This document shows, piece after piece, positions 35,969 to 45,303 of a stretch of 46,393 nucleotides of DNA. The stretch's first letter is position 1. The number at the start of each line of letters is the position of its first letter. The notes below the pieces were generated by a model, which searched no databases, was not told where the DNA came from, and worked only from the letters and a program-made list of their open reading frames with translations. The DNA lies in contig JAFXIB010000098.1 of NCBI GenBank assembly GCA_017533505.1, positions 1 through 46,393 of the forward strand, given 5' to 3'. The position numbers and the translations under genes were made by a program. The DNA is from Clostridia bacterium (GTDB lineage Bacteria; Bacillota; Clostridia; Christensenellales; DTU072).

Positions 35969-37072
35969 CTATTGGTTGCTTTTTACCAAGTAATCGTATA
36001 TGAACCCTTCGATGTCACCATCCATAACTGCACCAACATTGGTGTTTTCATAGCCAGTGCGATGGTCCTTGACAAGGGTGTAGGGACAAAATACATAGGA
36101 GCGAATTTGTGAACCCCACTCTATCTTTTTTATTTCGCCCTTGATGGAAAGAGCTTCTTCCATCTGCTCGCGCTCTTTGAGCTCTGCAAGTTTGCTGTAC
36201 AACATGCGCATTGCAGTTTCTTTGTTTTGCACCTGACTTCTTTCGCTTTGACACCAAGTTACTATGCCAGTTGGTAAGTGCGTAATTCTAACAGCGCTCT
36301 CTGTTTTGTTGACATGTTGTCCACCAGCACCAGATGAGCGACAGGTGTCAATTTTGAGCTCTTCAGGTTTGATTTTGATTTCGTCATCATTGATGATTTC
36401 GGGCATAACTTCCAAGCTTGCAAAGCTTGTGTGTCTGCGCTTGTTGGCATCAAACGGGCTGATTCTAACCAGTCTGTGTACCCCTTTTTCGGCTTTAAGG
36501 AACCCATACGCATTGCTTCCTTCCAGCTTGAAGGTTACGCTCTTGATGCCAGCTTCGTCGCCTGCTTGATAGTCAAGCTCGGATACATTGTATCCAGCGC
36601 GCTCTGCATAGCGAGTATACATCCTATAAAGCATATCTGCCCAGTCTTGTGCTTCAGTACCACCTGCGCCCGCGTGCAATGTGAGAAGCGCATTGTTAGA
36701 GTCATACTTGCCCTTCATAAGACTCTCCAAAAAGAGCTTTTCTGTTTCTGCTTCCAGACTTTTGAGCATGGCGCGCACATCTTCAACGGCGCCCTCTTCT
36801 TGCATCTCTTCTGCCATTTCCATAAGTTCCAAGCAACCTTCTGCTTCTTGCTTGAGCCTACTTACGGTATCCACCTTGCGCTCAATTTCCGATATCCTTA
36901 CATTGACAACCTTTGCCCTTTCAACATCAAGCCAAAAGCCTTCTTCTTCCTGCTTTTTGCGTAGCTCTACAAGTTCTACTTGTAGCTCTGGAAGATTGAT
37001 GGCATCCGCGCTGGTCTTGATTGACTGCGTAAGCTCCTCGAGTTTAAGTTTTTCGTTATAAAACTCAATCAT
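35969..37072 (-). CDS. prfB: Peptide chain release factor 2 (single frame, no programmed frameshift)
   Basis: It has the SPF tripeptide and the GGQ motif (SGAGGQHVNKTESAVR). The start was set to the ATG at 37072 (MIEFYNEK), 1 nt after the secA stop. Confidence 0.9.
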   Translation of the reverse strand: MIEFYNEKLKLEELTQSIKTSADAINLPELQVELVELRKKQEEEGFWLDVERAKVVNVRISEIERKVDTVSRLKQEAEGCLELMEMAEEMQEEGAVEDVRAMLKSLEAETEKLFLESLMKGKYDSNNALLTLHAGAGGTEAQDWADMLYRMYTRYAERAGYNVSELDYQAGDEAGIKSVTFKLEGSNAYGFLKAEKGVHRLVRISPFDANKRRHTSFASLEVMPEIINDDEIKIKPEELKIDTCRSSGAGGQHVNKTESAVRITHLPTGIVTWCQSERSQVQNKETAMRMLYSKLAELKEREQMEEALSIKGEIKKIEWGSQIRSYVFCPYTLVKDHRTGYENTNVGAVMDGDIEGFIYDYLVKSNQ

Positions 37073-37073
37073 G

Positions 37074-39755
37074 TTACTTTCCACAACAATTCTTATACTT
37101 TCTGCCACTGCCACATGGACATGGGTCGTTTCTGCCTACACTCTTGTTTTCGTCGGTGTTGCGAATGGTTACATGACGAAGCTTCTCTTGAATGTACATA
37201 TTCTTTCTTTCAATAACTGCTTCGATGTCAATCTTTGCAAGCGTCATAGCTGTAGTGTTTTGGATGCTATCAACCATTGCATCAAACATATCAAAGCCTT
37301 CGCGCCTATACTCCATAACTGGATCGCGTTGACCAAGACCTCGTAGCCCTATGCCCTTTTTGAGTTGGTCCATTGCTGCAATATGCTCCATCCAATGTCT
37401 ATCAACTTGACGGAGTAGTAGATTTCTTTCCGTTTCCTTGAAGTTGATTTGCTCTTCTTCGGCACGCTTAATCTTGTTTTCGTATTGCTCAACAAGGGTG
37501 TCATAAACATATTCTTCAATCTTTTCGTCACTCATATCGTAGATAACATCTTGAGTGATAAGATTGGTGCCCTTGGGGAGAATGGTGTTTTCGAGCTCTG
37601 CATTGAATGCGGCAAGTCTTGCCTCATCCATTTCGCCTTCTGCATCAAGATATTTGTAGACGATTTCCTTAACAATTGGGTCAAAATACTTTAGTATTTG
37701 CTCGTGTACATCCTTTCCTTCAAGAACTTGATTGCGCTCGTTGTATACAAGTTGGCGTTGCTTATTCATAACATCGTCATACTCAAGCACGCGCTTACGA
37801 ATTGCATAGTTGTTTTCTTCACAGCGCTTTTGAGCTGTCTCGATGAGCTTGGAAAGCAATCCCATTTGGATGTTTCCACCACCCATTTCTACGGTAGCTT
37901 TGAGCTTGTCTCCACCAAACAAACGAGCAATATCGTCCTCGCAAGATAGATAGAAACAGCTACTACCCTTATCTCCTTGACGACCACTACGACCACGGAG
38001 CTGGTTGTCAATACGGCGTGCTTCGTGACGCTCGGTGCCGATAACACGAAGTCCACCCTTTTCCAAAACCTCTTCCTTTTCCTTGGAAGTTTGCTCTCTT
38101 GCAACCTTGAGAAGCTCGTTATATCTTTCTCTTGCCTTGAGCTCGGCTTCGTCTGTAAGAGTGTTGAAAGCAGTTGCTACTTCGATGATTTCTGGCTCAA
38201 AGCCTTCCTTCTTCATTTGTGAGCGAGCAATAAACTCTGGATTGCCACCAAGCAAAATGTCGGTACCACGACCAGCCATGTTGGTTGCAATGGTAACTGC
38301 CTTGAGCTTACCAGCTTGAGCAATAACTTCTGCTTCTTCTGCATGGAGTTTTGCGTTCAAAACATTGTGTTTTACACCAATTTTGCGTAGCTTTGCGCTG
38401 AGTTCTTCAGATGCTTGAACAGATGTTGTGCCTACAAGAACAGGTTGACCAAACTCATAGCACTCTACGATATCTTCGATAACAGCTTCAATTTTATCTT
38501 CGCGCTTTGCATAAACCTTGTCTGGCTCATCAATACGAACAACGGGACGATTTGATGGGATTGGTACAACATCAAGATTATATATGCCCCTAAATTCTGC
38601 TTCTTCCGTAACAGCTGTACCGGTCATGCCAGAAAGCTTTTTGTACATACGGAAATAGTTTTGGAAGGTAATAGTTGCAATGGTGACACTTTCGCGCTTG
38701 ATGCGTACATTTTCCTTTGCTTCGATTGCTTGGTGCAAGCCTTCTGAATAGCGTCTGCCAATCATCTTACGGCCTGTGAACTCGTCAACAATTACGATTT
38801 CGCCATTCTCAACAATGTAATCCTTGTTTGCGTGCATGAGATAGTTTGCGCGCAATGCTGTGTTGATGCGTGTGCCAAGTTGAGCAGAATCAGCTTCGCT
38901 GAGAGTGCTCATATTAAAATACTTTTCTGCCTTCTCCAATCCCTCTTCGGATAGGTATGCATGGTTGCCCTTTTCGTCAAGCTTGTAGTCGCCATCTTCG
39001 GCTTCATCACTACTGCATGGGCGCAATCTCTTGACAAATCTATCAACTGCAACATACTCCTCACTTGTTCTTCCTGCTGAACCAGAAATGATAAGTGGAG
39101 TACGCGCTTCGTCAATTAAAATGGAGTCAACTTCGTCTACAATTGCAAAATGATGTCCCCTTTGAACAACATTTTCAAGATGAACTTCCATGTTGTCACG
39201 GAGATAGTCAAAACCAATTTCGGAGTTGGTTGCATAGGTTATATCACATTGATATGCTTGCTTTCTTTGCTCCTTGCTCATCTCACGATAAACACAGCCT
39301 ACGGTAAGTCCCAAGAATTTGAAAACCTTGCCCATCCACTCTGCGTCACGCTTTGCAAGATATTCGTTTACGGTAACAATATGAACACCGTTGCCAGTCA
39401 ACGCGTTCAAGTACGCGGGGAGAGTTTCCACCAAAGTTTTACCTTCACCAGTTTGCATTTCTGCAATTCTACCTTGATGCAAAACAATACCACCAATAAG
39501 TTGAACATGATAATGGCGCATATTGAGCACGCGCTTTGATGCCTCTCTTACGGTAGCAAAAGCTTCGGGAAGAATATCTTCCAATGTTTCGCCCTTTGCA
39601 AGTCTATCTTTGAATTCAATAGTTTTTGCCTTGAGTTCATCATCAGTTAACACTTCAAAAGATGGCTCAAGTGCTTCAATTTTATTTGCTACAACATCAA
39701 TTTTCTTAACTTGACGCTGTTTTTCGCTTTTGAATAAGAAATCCATTAAACCCAT
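37074..39755 (-). CDS. secA: Preprotein translocase ATPase SecA
   Basis: It has the DEAD-like motor (MQTGEGKT, DEVDSILIDEARTPLIISG) and a C-terminal zinc finger (CPCGSGRKYKNCCGK). The start was set to the ATG at 39755, which has a GAGGT RBS. Confidence 0.95.
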   Translation of the reverse strand: MGLMDFLFKSEKQRQVKKIDVVANKIEALEPSFEVLTDDELKAKTIEFKDRLAKGETLEDILPEAFATVREASKRVLNMRHYHVQLIGGIVLHQGRIAEMQTGEGKTLVETLPAYLNALTGNGVHIVTVNEYLAKRDAEWMGKVFKFLGLTVGCVYREMSKEQRKQAYQCDITYATNSEIGFDYLRDNMEVHLENVVQRGHHFAIVDEVDSILIDEARTPLIISGSAGRTSEEYVAVDRFVKRLRPCSSDEAEDGDYKLDEKGNHAYLSEEGLEKAEKYFNMSTLSEADSAQLGTRINTALRANYLMHANKDYIVENGEIVIVDEFTGRKMIGRRYSEGLHQAIEAKENVRIKRESVTIATITFQNYFRMYKKLSGMTGTAVTEEAEFRGIYNLDVVPIPSNRPVVRIDEPDKVYAKREDKIEAVIEDIVECYEFGQPVLVGTTSVQASEELSAKLRKIGVKHNVLNAKLHAEEAEVIAQAGKLKAVTIATNMAGRGTDILLGGNPEFIARSQMKKEGFEPEIIEVATAFNTLTDEAELKARERYNELLKVAREQTSKEKEEVLEKGGLRVIGTERHEARRIDNQLRGRSGRQGDKGSSCFYLSCEDDIARLFGGDKLKATVEMGGGNIQMGLLSKLIETAQKRCEENNYAIRKRVLEYDDVMNKQRQLVYNERNQVLEGKDVHEQILKYFDPIVKEIVYKYLDAEGEMDEARLAAFNAELENTILPKGTNLITQDVIYDMSDEKIEEYVYDTLVEQYENKIKRAEEEQINFKETERNLLLRQVDRHWMEHIAAMDQLKKGIGLRGLGQRDPVMEYRREGFDMFDAMVDSIQNTTAMTLAKIDIEAVIERKNMYIQEKLRHVTIRNTDENKSVGRNDPCPCGSGRKYKNCCGK

Positions 39756-39787
39756 ATTTCTTACCTCGATTTTATATTTCACGGATT

Positions 39788-39817
39788 ATTATAACATACC
39801 TACGCGCGCTTGCGCAA
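39788..39817 (-). promoter_or_regulatory. Sigma-A type promoter for secA-prfB-serS with a GCGCGC box in the spacer
   Basis: The minus strand reads TTGCGC-AAGCGCGCGTAGGTATGT-TATAAT (18-nt spacer). Confidence 0.5.
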
Positions 39818-39881
39818 TAATTATTTGCGCGAATAAAGGGGATTGAAGGTGAAAGTCTTGTGTATTGGGGCGATTTTTTGC

Positions 39882-39919
39882 AAAAAAATATGCCACCATT
39901 GCAAAAAGCATGGTGGCAT
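39882..39919 (-). terminator. Intrinsic terminator after alaS
   Basis: The 10-bp stem ATGCCACCAT/ATGGTGGCAT is followed on the minus strand by ATTTTTTTG. Confidence 0.8.
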
Positions 39920-39941
39920 CGCTCTATCAATTAAACTTTTT

Positions 39942-41768
39942 TTACTTAACAAGAACAGCTTTGATTCTACGAACACCTGCTGATGAGCTTTGTTCCTTTT
40001 GAATCTTGAACTTTCCAAGTTCATTGGTGTTTGTAGCGTGTGGTCCACCACAAATTTCCTTGCTGTATGTGCCAATAGAATATACCTTTACGAGTTCGCC
40101 ATATCTATCACCAAACACACCGATTGCACCAGCATTTCTTGCTGCTTCAACACTCATTTCTTCACAAGTTACGGGGATTGAGCTTGCAATAACTGCATTT
40201 ACTTCATCTTCAACACCCTTGATTTCTTCTGGAGTAAGTGGGCGAGAGAAGTTAAAGTCAACACGGAGTCTTTCGGATGTGATGTTGCTACCCTTTTGCA
40301 TTACGGTTTCATCATTCAACACCTTGCGAAGTGCTGCAAGCAAAATGTGAGTTGCTGTATGATAGTTGGTTGTAGCTTCGTTTCTTTCGGTCAATCCACC
40401 CTTTGCTGCTTGAGCTTGTGCCTTTGATAACTCTTGGTGTGCCTTGAATGCTTCGTTGAAGCCCTTTTCGTCAACGGTCAAACCTCTTTCGGAAGCAAGT
40501 TCGATGGTTAGCTCCAATGGATAACCAAATGTATCATACAATCTGAATGCCTGCTTGCCAGAAATTTCGGTTTCTTCAACATAATTTGCATCCTTTTGCT
40601 TCATAAACTCGTTCTTTCTTTGCATTCCACCAACGATCTTTTCAAATTCCTTCATGCCACCAGCAAGAGTAACTTCGAACTTCTTGATTTCCTTGGTGAT
40701 TTCATCCAAGATATATGCTTCCTTTTCAACAAGAAGTGGATATGCTTCGTCATAAATCTTTTCGATGAAAATCTTTGCTACTTCGCACATTTCGGTTGCA
40801 TCAATGCCCAAGTTCTTTGAGTATCTGATTGCACGACGAAGTAGTCTTCTCAAAATATAGCCAGCACCTGTGTTGGATGGTGTGATACCATTGACATCAC
40901 CAATGAGCATAACTGCTGTTCTGGTGTGGTCGGCAATAATTCTCATTGCCTTTGTGTCGCTTTCAACTGCGCCATACTTCTTGTTTGATGCGTTTTCCAA
41001 GTGAGCAATAGCACCTGCAAATAGGTCTGTCTTGTATCCGTCGTCCAAACCGTTTAGGAATAGAAGCAATCTGTCAAGACCAAATCCTGTGTCAACATTT
41101 TTGTTTTCAAGCTCTTCGTATCCACCTTCAAGCTTTTTGTATTGCATATAAACATCGTTGCCGATTTCTACATATCTGCCACAATCACAGTTTACATCAC
41201 AATGGTCTGAACATGGATTGTCGTGACGAGGATAGAACCACTCGTTGTCTGGTCCACATGGAGTACCAACTGTGCCTTCCAATTCCCACCAGTTGTTGGA
41301 CTTGTCAAGATAGAAAATGTTTTCTTCCTTGATACCAAGCTCCTTTAGGTATGATGCTGTTTCTTCGTCGCGTGGAGCAGCTGCGTTGCCTTCAAAAACG
41401 GTTGAACAAATCTTTTCTTTGTCAAAACCAAATACCTTTGTCAAAAGCTCAAATGACCAAGCTGTCTTTTCTTTCTTGAAATAGTCGCCCAAGCTCCAGT
41501 TACCCATCATTTCAAAGAAGGTAAAGTGGGTTGCGTCGCCAACTGAATCAATATCAACTGTTCTAACACAGCCTTGAACATTGCAAAGTCTTGTGCCAGC
41601 TGGGTGCTTTTTGCCAAGAAGATATGGCATAAGTGGTTGCATGCCTGCAACATTGAACATTACGCCAGTAGTACCATCGCCGATGAGTGAAACTGCACCG
41701 ATATTTACATGGCCCTTGCTTTCATAAAACTTGATCCATTTTTCTCTTAATTCTTTTGATGTAATCAT
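39942..41768 (-). CDS. alaS: Alanyl-tRNA synthetase, compact form (608 aa) without the C-Ala domain
   Basis: The class II AlaRS N-terminus is present (FNVAGMQP, FFEMMGNWSLGDYFK). The editing-domain motifs HTATHILLAAL and CGGPH are present, and the protein ends just after GVRRIKAV. Confidence 0.85.
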   Translation of the reverse strand: MITSKELREKWIKFYESKGHVNIGAVSLIGDGTTGVMFNVAGMQPLMPYLLGKKHPAGTRLCNVQGCVRTVDIDSVGDATHFTFFEMMGNWSLGDYFKKEKTAWSFELLTKVFGFDKEKICSTVFEGNAAAPRDEETASYLKELGIKEENIFYLDKSNNWWELEGTVGTPCGPDNEWFYPRHDNPCSDHCDVNCDCGRYVEIGNDVYMQYKKLEGGYEELENKNVDTGFGLDRLLLFLNGLDDGYKTDLFAGAIAHLENASNKKYGAVESDTKAMRIIADHTRTAVMLIGDVNGITPSNTGAGYILRRLLRRAIRYSKNLGIDATEMCEVAKIFIEKIYDEAYPLLVEKEAYILDEITKEIKKFEVTLAGGMKEFEKIVGGMQRKNEFMKQKDANYVEETEISGKQAFRLYDTFGYPLELTIELASERGLTVDEKGFNEAFKAHQELSKAQAQAAKGGLTERNEATTNYHTATHILLAALRKVLNDETVMQKGSNITSERLRVDFNFSRPLTPEEIKGVEDEVNAVIASSIPVTCEEMSVEAARNAGAIGVFGDRYGELVKVYSIGTYSKEICGGPHATNTNELGKFKIQKEQSSSAGVRRIKAVLVK

Positions 41769-42967
41769 AATGTCTCCAACATTTTTGTTATTATCAATTG
41801 TCCACTTGGTAGATATTCTCCATTTTGGGCATCTTTTTCGTTATATTTGAGAGCTGAAACCATTGGTTTTGCGCTCTTATAAATCATATATGGAATGGGC
41901 TCTGCTGTGTGGGTTTTGCGCACGATTGGGGTTGCGTGATCTGGTAAAACTGCAAGTGTAAAATCGCCCCTATCCTCAAGATACTTGAGCATTTCACCCA
42001 CAACATAGTCCACCTTTTCGATGGCCTTTACCTTGCCAAAAGTGTCGCCTTGGTGACCACATTCGTCCGGTGCTTCAAGGTGGATATATACATAGTCGCA
42101 TCCATCTTCAAAGCACTTTTTCGCTGCCTCGATTTTGCCATCCCAGTTGGTGGAAAGTGTGCCTGTTGCACCCTCTACTTCTGGAGCTTTCATATTGGCT
42201 CCAACAGCTATGCCTTTTAGCAAATCAACAGCAGAAATTATAGCACCATTCAAACCATATTTTTCCTTGAAATTGTCAAGTTGTGGCTTTGTGCCAGCAC
42301 CCCAAAACCAAATGTGAGTTGCAGGATTTTTGCCATTCTCTATGCGCTTTAAGTTTACAGTATGAGCGCGCAAAATCTCTTCGGAACGCTTGATTAGGCT
42401 TATTAGTTTTTCGCTATCTTTTCCACTTGGTAGATAATCGCCTATCACCCTGCCACTAATATCATGGGGTGGGGTGAGCTCGGTTTCGGTGGTGCCATTT
42501 TTGATAATCATACAATGGCGATAGCTTACTCCTGCATAGAATGAAAACTCTTCGTCACTCAACGCTTCCTTGACTGCTTTGATAAGCTCGGTGGCTTCTT
42601 GTGTGGAGATTTCGCCAGCAGAATAGTCTATCATGGTCTTGTCTTTGAGCTCTGGCTCGTCACTCAATGTTACAAGATTTGTGCGCACAGCAATGTCGCC
42701 ATCACGCATATCAACACCGATAGAAAGAGCTTCAAGTGGGCTTCTGCCACTATAATAAATCTTGGGGTCATATCCAATTACTGATAGATTTGCTACATCA
42801 CTACCTGGCTTCATTCCACTTGGAACCGTAGCAACAAGCCCTATCTCTGATAAGGGCGCAATTCTATCAATATTTGGGGTAATAGCTGCTTGAAGGGGGG
42901 TTTTGTTGCCAAGAGCTTCCAATTCATAGTCAGCCATACCATCGCCTAAAACAACAAGGTACTTCAT
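41765..42967 (-). CDS. apgM: Cofactor-independent phosphoglycerate mutase, ApgM type
   Basis: It has the N-terminus MKYLVVLGDGMADY, the motif HLEAPDECGHQGD and the C-terminal LPDHATP. Its stop overlaps the alaS start (ATGA). Confidence 0.8.
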   Translation of the reverse strand: MKYLVVLGDGMADYELEALGNKTPLQAAITPNIDRIAPLSEIGLVATVPSGMKPGSDVANLSVIGYDPKIYYSGRSPLEALSIGVDMRDGDIAVRTNLVTLSDEPELKDKTMIDYSAGEISTQEATELIKAVKEALSDEEFSFYAGVSYRHCMIIKNGTTETELTPPHDISGRVIGDYLPSGKDSEKLISLIKRSEEILRAHTVNLKRIENGKNPATHIWFWGAGTKPQLDNFKEKYGLNGAIISAVDLLKGIAVGANMKAPEVEGATGTLSTNWDGKIEAAKKCFEDGCDYVYIHLEAPDECGHQGDTFGKVKAIEKVDYVVGEMLKYLEDRGDFTLAVLPDHATPIVRKTHTAEPIPYMIYKSAKPMVSALKYNEKDAQNGEYLPSGQLIITKMLETL

Positions 42968-43034
42968 ATTATATCCCCATAATAAATTTTGAAAATATTA
43001 TACCCTAAATGTCAATAATAGTCAAAGAATTAGA

Positions 43035-43063
43035 TTGACAAAAGGTAAAATGTGTGCTAATAT
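43035..43063 (+). promoter_or_regulatory. Sigma-A type promoter driving the tRNA-like element and tRNA-Ser
   Basis: The sequence is TTGACA (43035-40), a 17-nt spacer, then TAATAT (43058-63). Confidence 0.6.
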
Positions 43064-43123
43064 CTATAAGTGCTCAAGGGCAACGAGCCCTAAAAGCCCA
43101 AGTTAATATAAAAATTTATATTC

Positions 43124-43246
43124 GGAGAAATACCCAAGAGGCCGAAGGTCCGACATAGTCGGGACTCCACCTGATAAAAAGCCACTGGCTTCTTCTCCGG
43201 GCGGCTCCGTCCCCCTGCTTCGGGATACTCCCTTAGCATTGGAGCC
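43124..43246 (+). ncRNA. tRNA-Ser-derived tRNA-like element / pseudo-tRNA
   Basis: The first 25 nt are identical to tRNA-Ser (acceptor 5' strand plus D-arm). A matching 3' acceptor strand plus G (TTCTCCG) lies at 43193-43199. The two internal hairpins have 3-nt loops, so there is no anticodon loop or T-loop. A degenerate anticodon-arm-like segment (CCCCCTGCTTCGGG) follows. Confidence 0.5.
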
Positions 43247-43278
43247 AAAAACAACTAAATATAAATATGATAATATTC

Positions 43279-43370
43279 GGAGAAATACCCAAGAGGCCGA
43301 AGGGGCTCCCCTGCTAAGGGAGTAGTACGTGAGAAGCGTAGCCAGGGTTCAAATCCCTGTTTCTCCGCCA
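43279..43370 (+). tRNA. tRNA-Ser (anticodon GCU), CCA encoded
   Basis: It folds as a cloverleaf. The acceptor stem is GGAGAAA/TTTCTCC. The anticodon arm is CTCCC-CTGCTAA-GGGAG. A long variable arm is present. The T arm is CAGGG-TTCAAAT-CCCTG. The discriminator is G and the CCA end is encoded. Confidence 0.95.
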
Positions 43371-43377
43371 AAGAAAT

Positions 43378-43402
43378 AGAACACCAATGCGGTGTTCTTT
43401 TT
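43378..43402 (+). terminator. Intrinsic terminator after tRNA-Ser
   Basis: The hairpin is GAACACC-AATGC-GGTGTTC followed by TTTTTCTTT. Confidence 0.8.
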
Positions 43403-43515
43403 CTTTACGTAAAATCCTTTCGTAAGGGCTTTTTCTTTTTATTCAATACAGGAACACGCCATAGTGCCAAAATTGAATTTTAGTTCATTTTATGTTGTTG
43501 TAATATCTAAAGAGA

Positions 43516-43544
43516 TTGGACTTATTTAAAATTTATGCTATAAT
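43516..43544 (+). promoter_or_regulatory. Candidate promoter for the ACT-MBL gene (about 170-nt leader)
   Basis: The sequence is TTGGAC, a 17-nt spacer, then TATAAT. Confidence 0.45.
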
Positions 43545-43713
43545 TAAAAACCAAATAGAGAATAGAGATGTATAAATGCGTTTTAGGAAATAAAACGAGA
43601 ATGTTGGAAAATATCCAATTTATATAGATGACAATAATATAAATGGTGAGGTGTTTTGCGACTTATTAGCAGGCTCTGGTTCTATTGGCGATTATTACAA
43701 TAAGGGTAGTATT

Positions 43714-45153
43714 ATGAAGAAAACATATGTAACTAAAATGCCTAATCATATTGGTGCTTTTCTTAAAGCAAGTAAATGTTTTTCCGAACTTGGCATTAAT
43801 ATTACAAGAGTAAGTTATAATAAAGCCGTTGATTCTCACACACTATTTATTGAAGTTGACGGTGAAAAAACACGTTTAGATCAAGCAAATAAAAAATTAG
43901 AAGAAATCGGTTATCTTTCTAATGCGGAAGAAAATAGCAAAATTGTTTTGTTGTCTTTTTATTTAAAGGACGTTCCTGGAAGCGTCACTAACGTTTTAGA
44001 ACTAATTAGTAAGTTTAATTTTAATATTTCATATATAAGCTCTCAAGAAAACGGTAGTGAATATCAACAATTCAAAATGGGATTATACATCAACGATGTA
44101 AATAGTTTAACTGAGTTTTTAACTCAAGCCGAAAAGCTTTGTGAGGTTAAAGTTATAGACTACAATAATACTGAAAAAGTCTATGACAATAGTATTTTCT
44201 ACAATTCATACGTCGACGGCTTAATAAAAACATTAACGCTTCCATTAGATAAGAAAGAAAAACTTTTAGTAAATGTGAATTTAGCGATGCAAACGCTTGA
44301 CGAACAAGGACTTTCTCCTTATATAACTTTTGATAGTATTAGTAAATTTGCAGAACTTTTAGCAGAATGTAAGGGAGATAACTTTCATCCGAGAGTAACT
44401 GAACATTACATAACTGAGACAACTAAAATTATACTTATAGAACCTGATTGCGGTAGTAATACCACAATAATAGAAAGCAAAGGAGAAAGACTTTTTGTTG
44501 ATTCGGGCTACGCTTGTTATAAAAAAGAAATGCTTGAACTAATAAAAACGCTTGTTCCCGATTTTAAAAAACAAAAAGAAAAATTACTAATTACTCACGT
44601 AGACGTTGACCATGTAGGTCTTATTAATGAATTTGACGAAATTATACTTAGTCAAAGAAGCGCTGAAAGTTTATTTCTCGAAGCAAACAAATTGCCTGGA
44701 TTTAGAGAGAAAAACCATTTGCATCTCCCTTACGTTAACATCTGCAAAATATTAACAGAATATGAAGTTACAGATAAAAAGAAACTATGCCCGATGTGGA
44801 AAAAATCTAGTTTAACTGCGCCTATAGAACAAATCGGCTTTTATAATATAGGAGAACTTAATTTTGAAGTTTATGAAGGAAAGGGAGGACATTTATCTGG
44901 TGAAATATTATTAATAGATTATGAAAACAAAATAGCCTTTTCGGGTGATATTTTTATCAATCTTTCGGAATTAACTAAAAAACAAGCCGAATATAATAAA
45001 TACGCACCGATACTAATGACTTCAGTTGATACCGATTCGAAACTTTGTTCAAAAGAACGCGCTACTTTTTTGCAAAGATTAGGCATTGGAGAATGGAATA
45101 TTTTTGGTGGACATGGACAAATGAAAGTTTATGCGCCTCAAGTAAAGAAATAA
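43714..45153 (+). CDS. Two N-terminal ACT-like domains fused to a metallo-beta-lactamase-fold domain
   Basis: Two beta-alpha-beta-beta-alpha-beta-type segments are present (MPNHIGAFLKAS...IEVDG; LKDVPGSVTNVLELISKF...). An MBL-like metal motif, THVDVDHVG, and a distal GGHG follow. The start was set to the ATG at 43714 (MKKTYV). Confidence 0.55.
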   Translation: MKKTYVTKMPNHIGAFLKASKCFSELGINITRVSYNKAVDSHTLFIEVDGEKTRLDQANKKLEEIGYLSNAEENSKIVLLSFYLKDVPGSVTNVLELISKFNFNISYISSQENGSEYQQFKMGLYINDVNSLTEFLTQAEKLCEVKVIDYNNTEKVYDNSIFYNSYVDGLIKTLTLPLDKKEKLLVNVNLAMQTLDEQGLSPYITFDSISKFAELLAECKGDNFHPRVTEHYITETTKIILIEPDCGSNTTIIESKGERLFVDSGYACYKKEMLELIKTLVPDFKKQKEKLLITHVDVDHVGLINEFDEIILSQRSAESLFLEANKLPGFREKNHLHLPYVNICKILTEYEVTDKKKLCPMWKKSSLTAPIEQIGFYNIGELNFEVYEGKGGHLSGEILLIDYENKIAFSGDIFINLSELTKKQAEYNKYAPILMTSVDTDSKLCSKERATFLQRLGIGEWNIFGGHGQMKVYAPQVKK

Positions 45154-45198
45154 AAATATAATTTCTGTTAAATTCCCGTCGTAATTATAAGAAAAAAC

Positions 45199-45222
45199 GC
45201 TAAGAATTAATTAATTCTTAGC
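45199..45222. repeat. Perfect 24-bp palindrome
   Basis: The sequence is GCTAAGAATTAA/TTAATTCTTAGC. On the minus strand GTTTTTTC follows it, which is terminator geometry for leftward transcription. Confidence 0.8.
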
Positions 45223-45303
45223 CAAAAATAATCAACTCTTTTGAGTAGACTAACTTGCCTTTTCTTTTCCTAGTAGTTTTACATTTTACACGCTCCACCA
45301 CCG

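Noticed and set aside
36990-37072. A programmed +1 frameshift site in prfB.
   Set aside because: RF2 is encoded in one continuous frame from MIEFYNEK. There is no in-frame early TGA or CTT-TGA motif, so this is a non-frameshifted prfB.
39821-40075. An 84-aa minus-strand ORF overlapping the alaS 3' end and its terminator.
   Set aside because: It is out of frame with alaS, runs across a strong terminator hairpin and the secA promoter region, and has no RBS.
43124-43200. The upstream tRNA-like unit interpreted as a functional second tRNA, tRNA-Sec or tmRNA.
   Set aside because: It has no 7-nt anticodon loop, no T-loop (TTCRANY) and no encoded CCA. It also lacks the tRNA-Sec 8/5 acceptor/T geometry and any tmRNA tag ORF.
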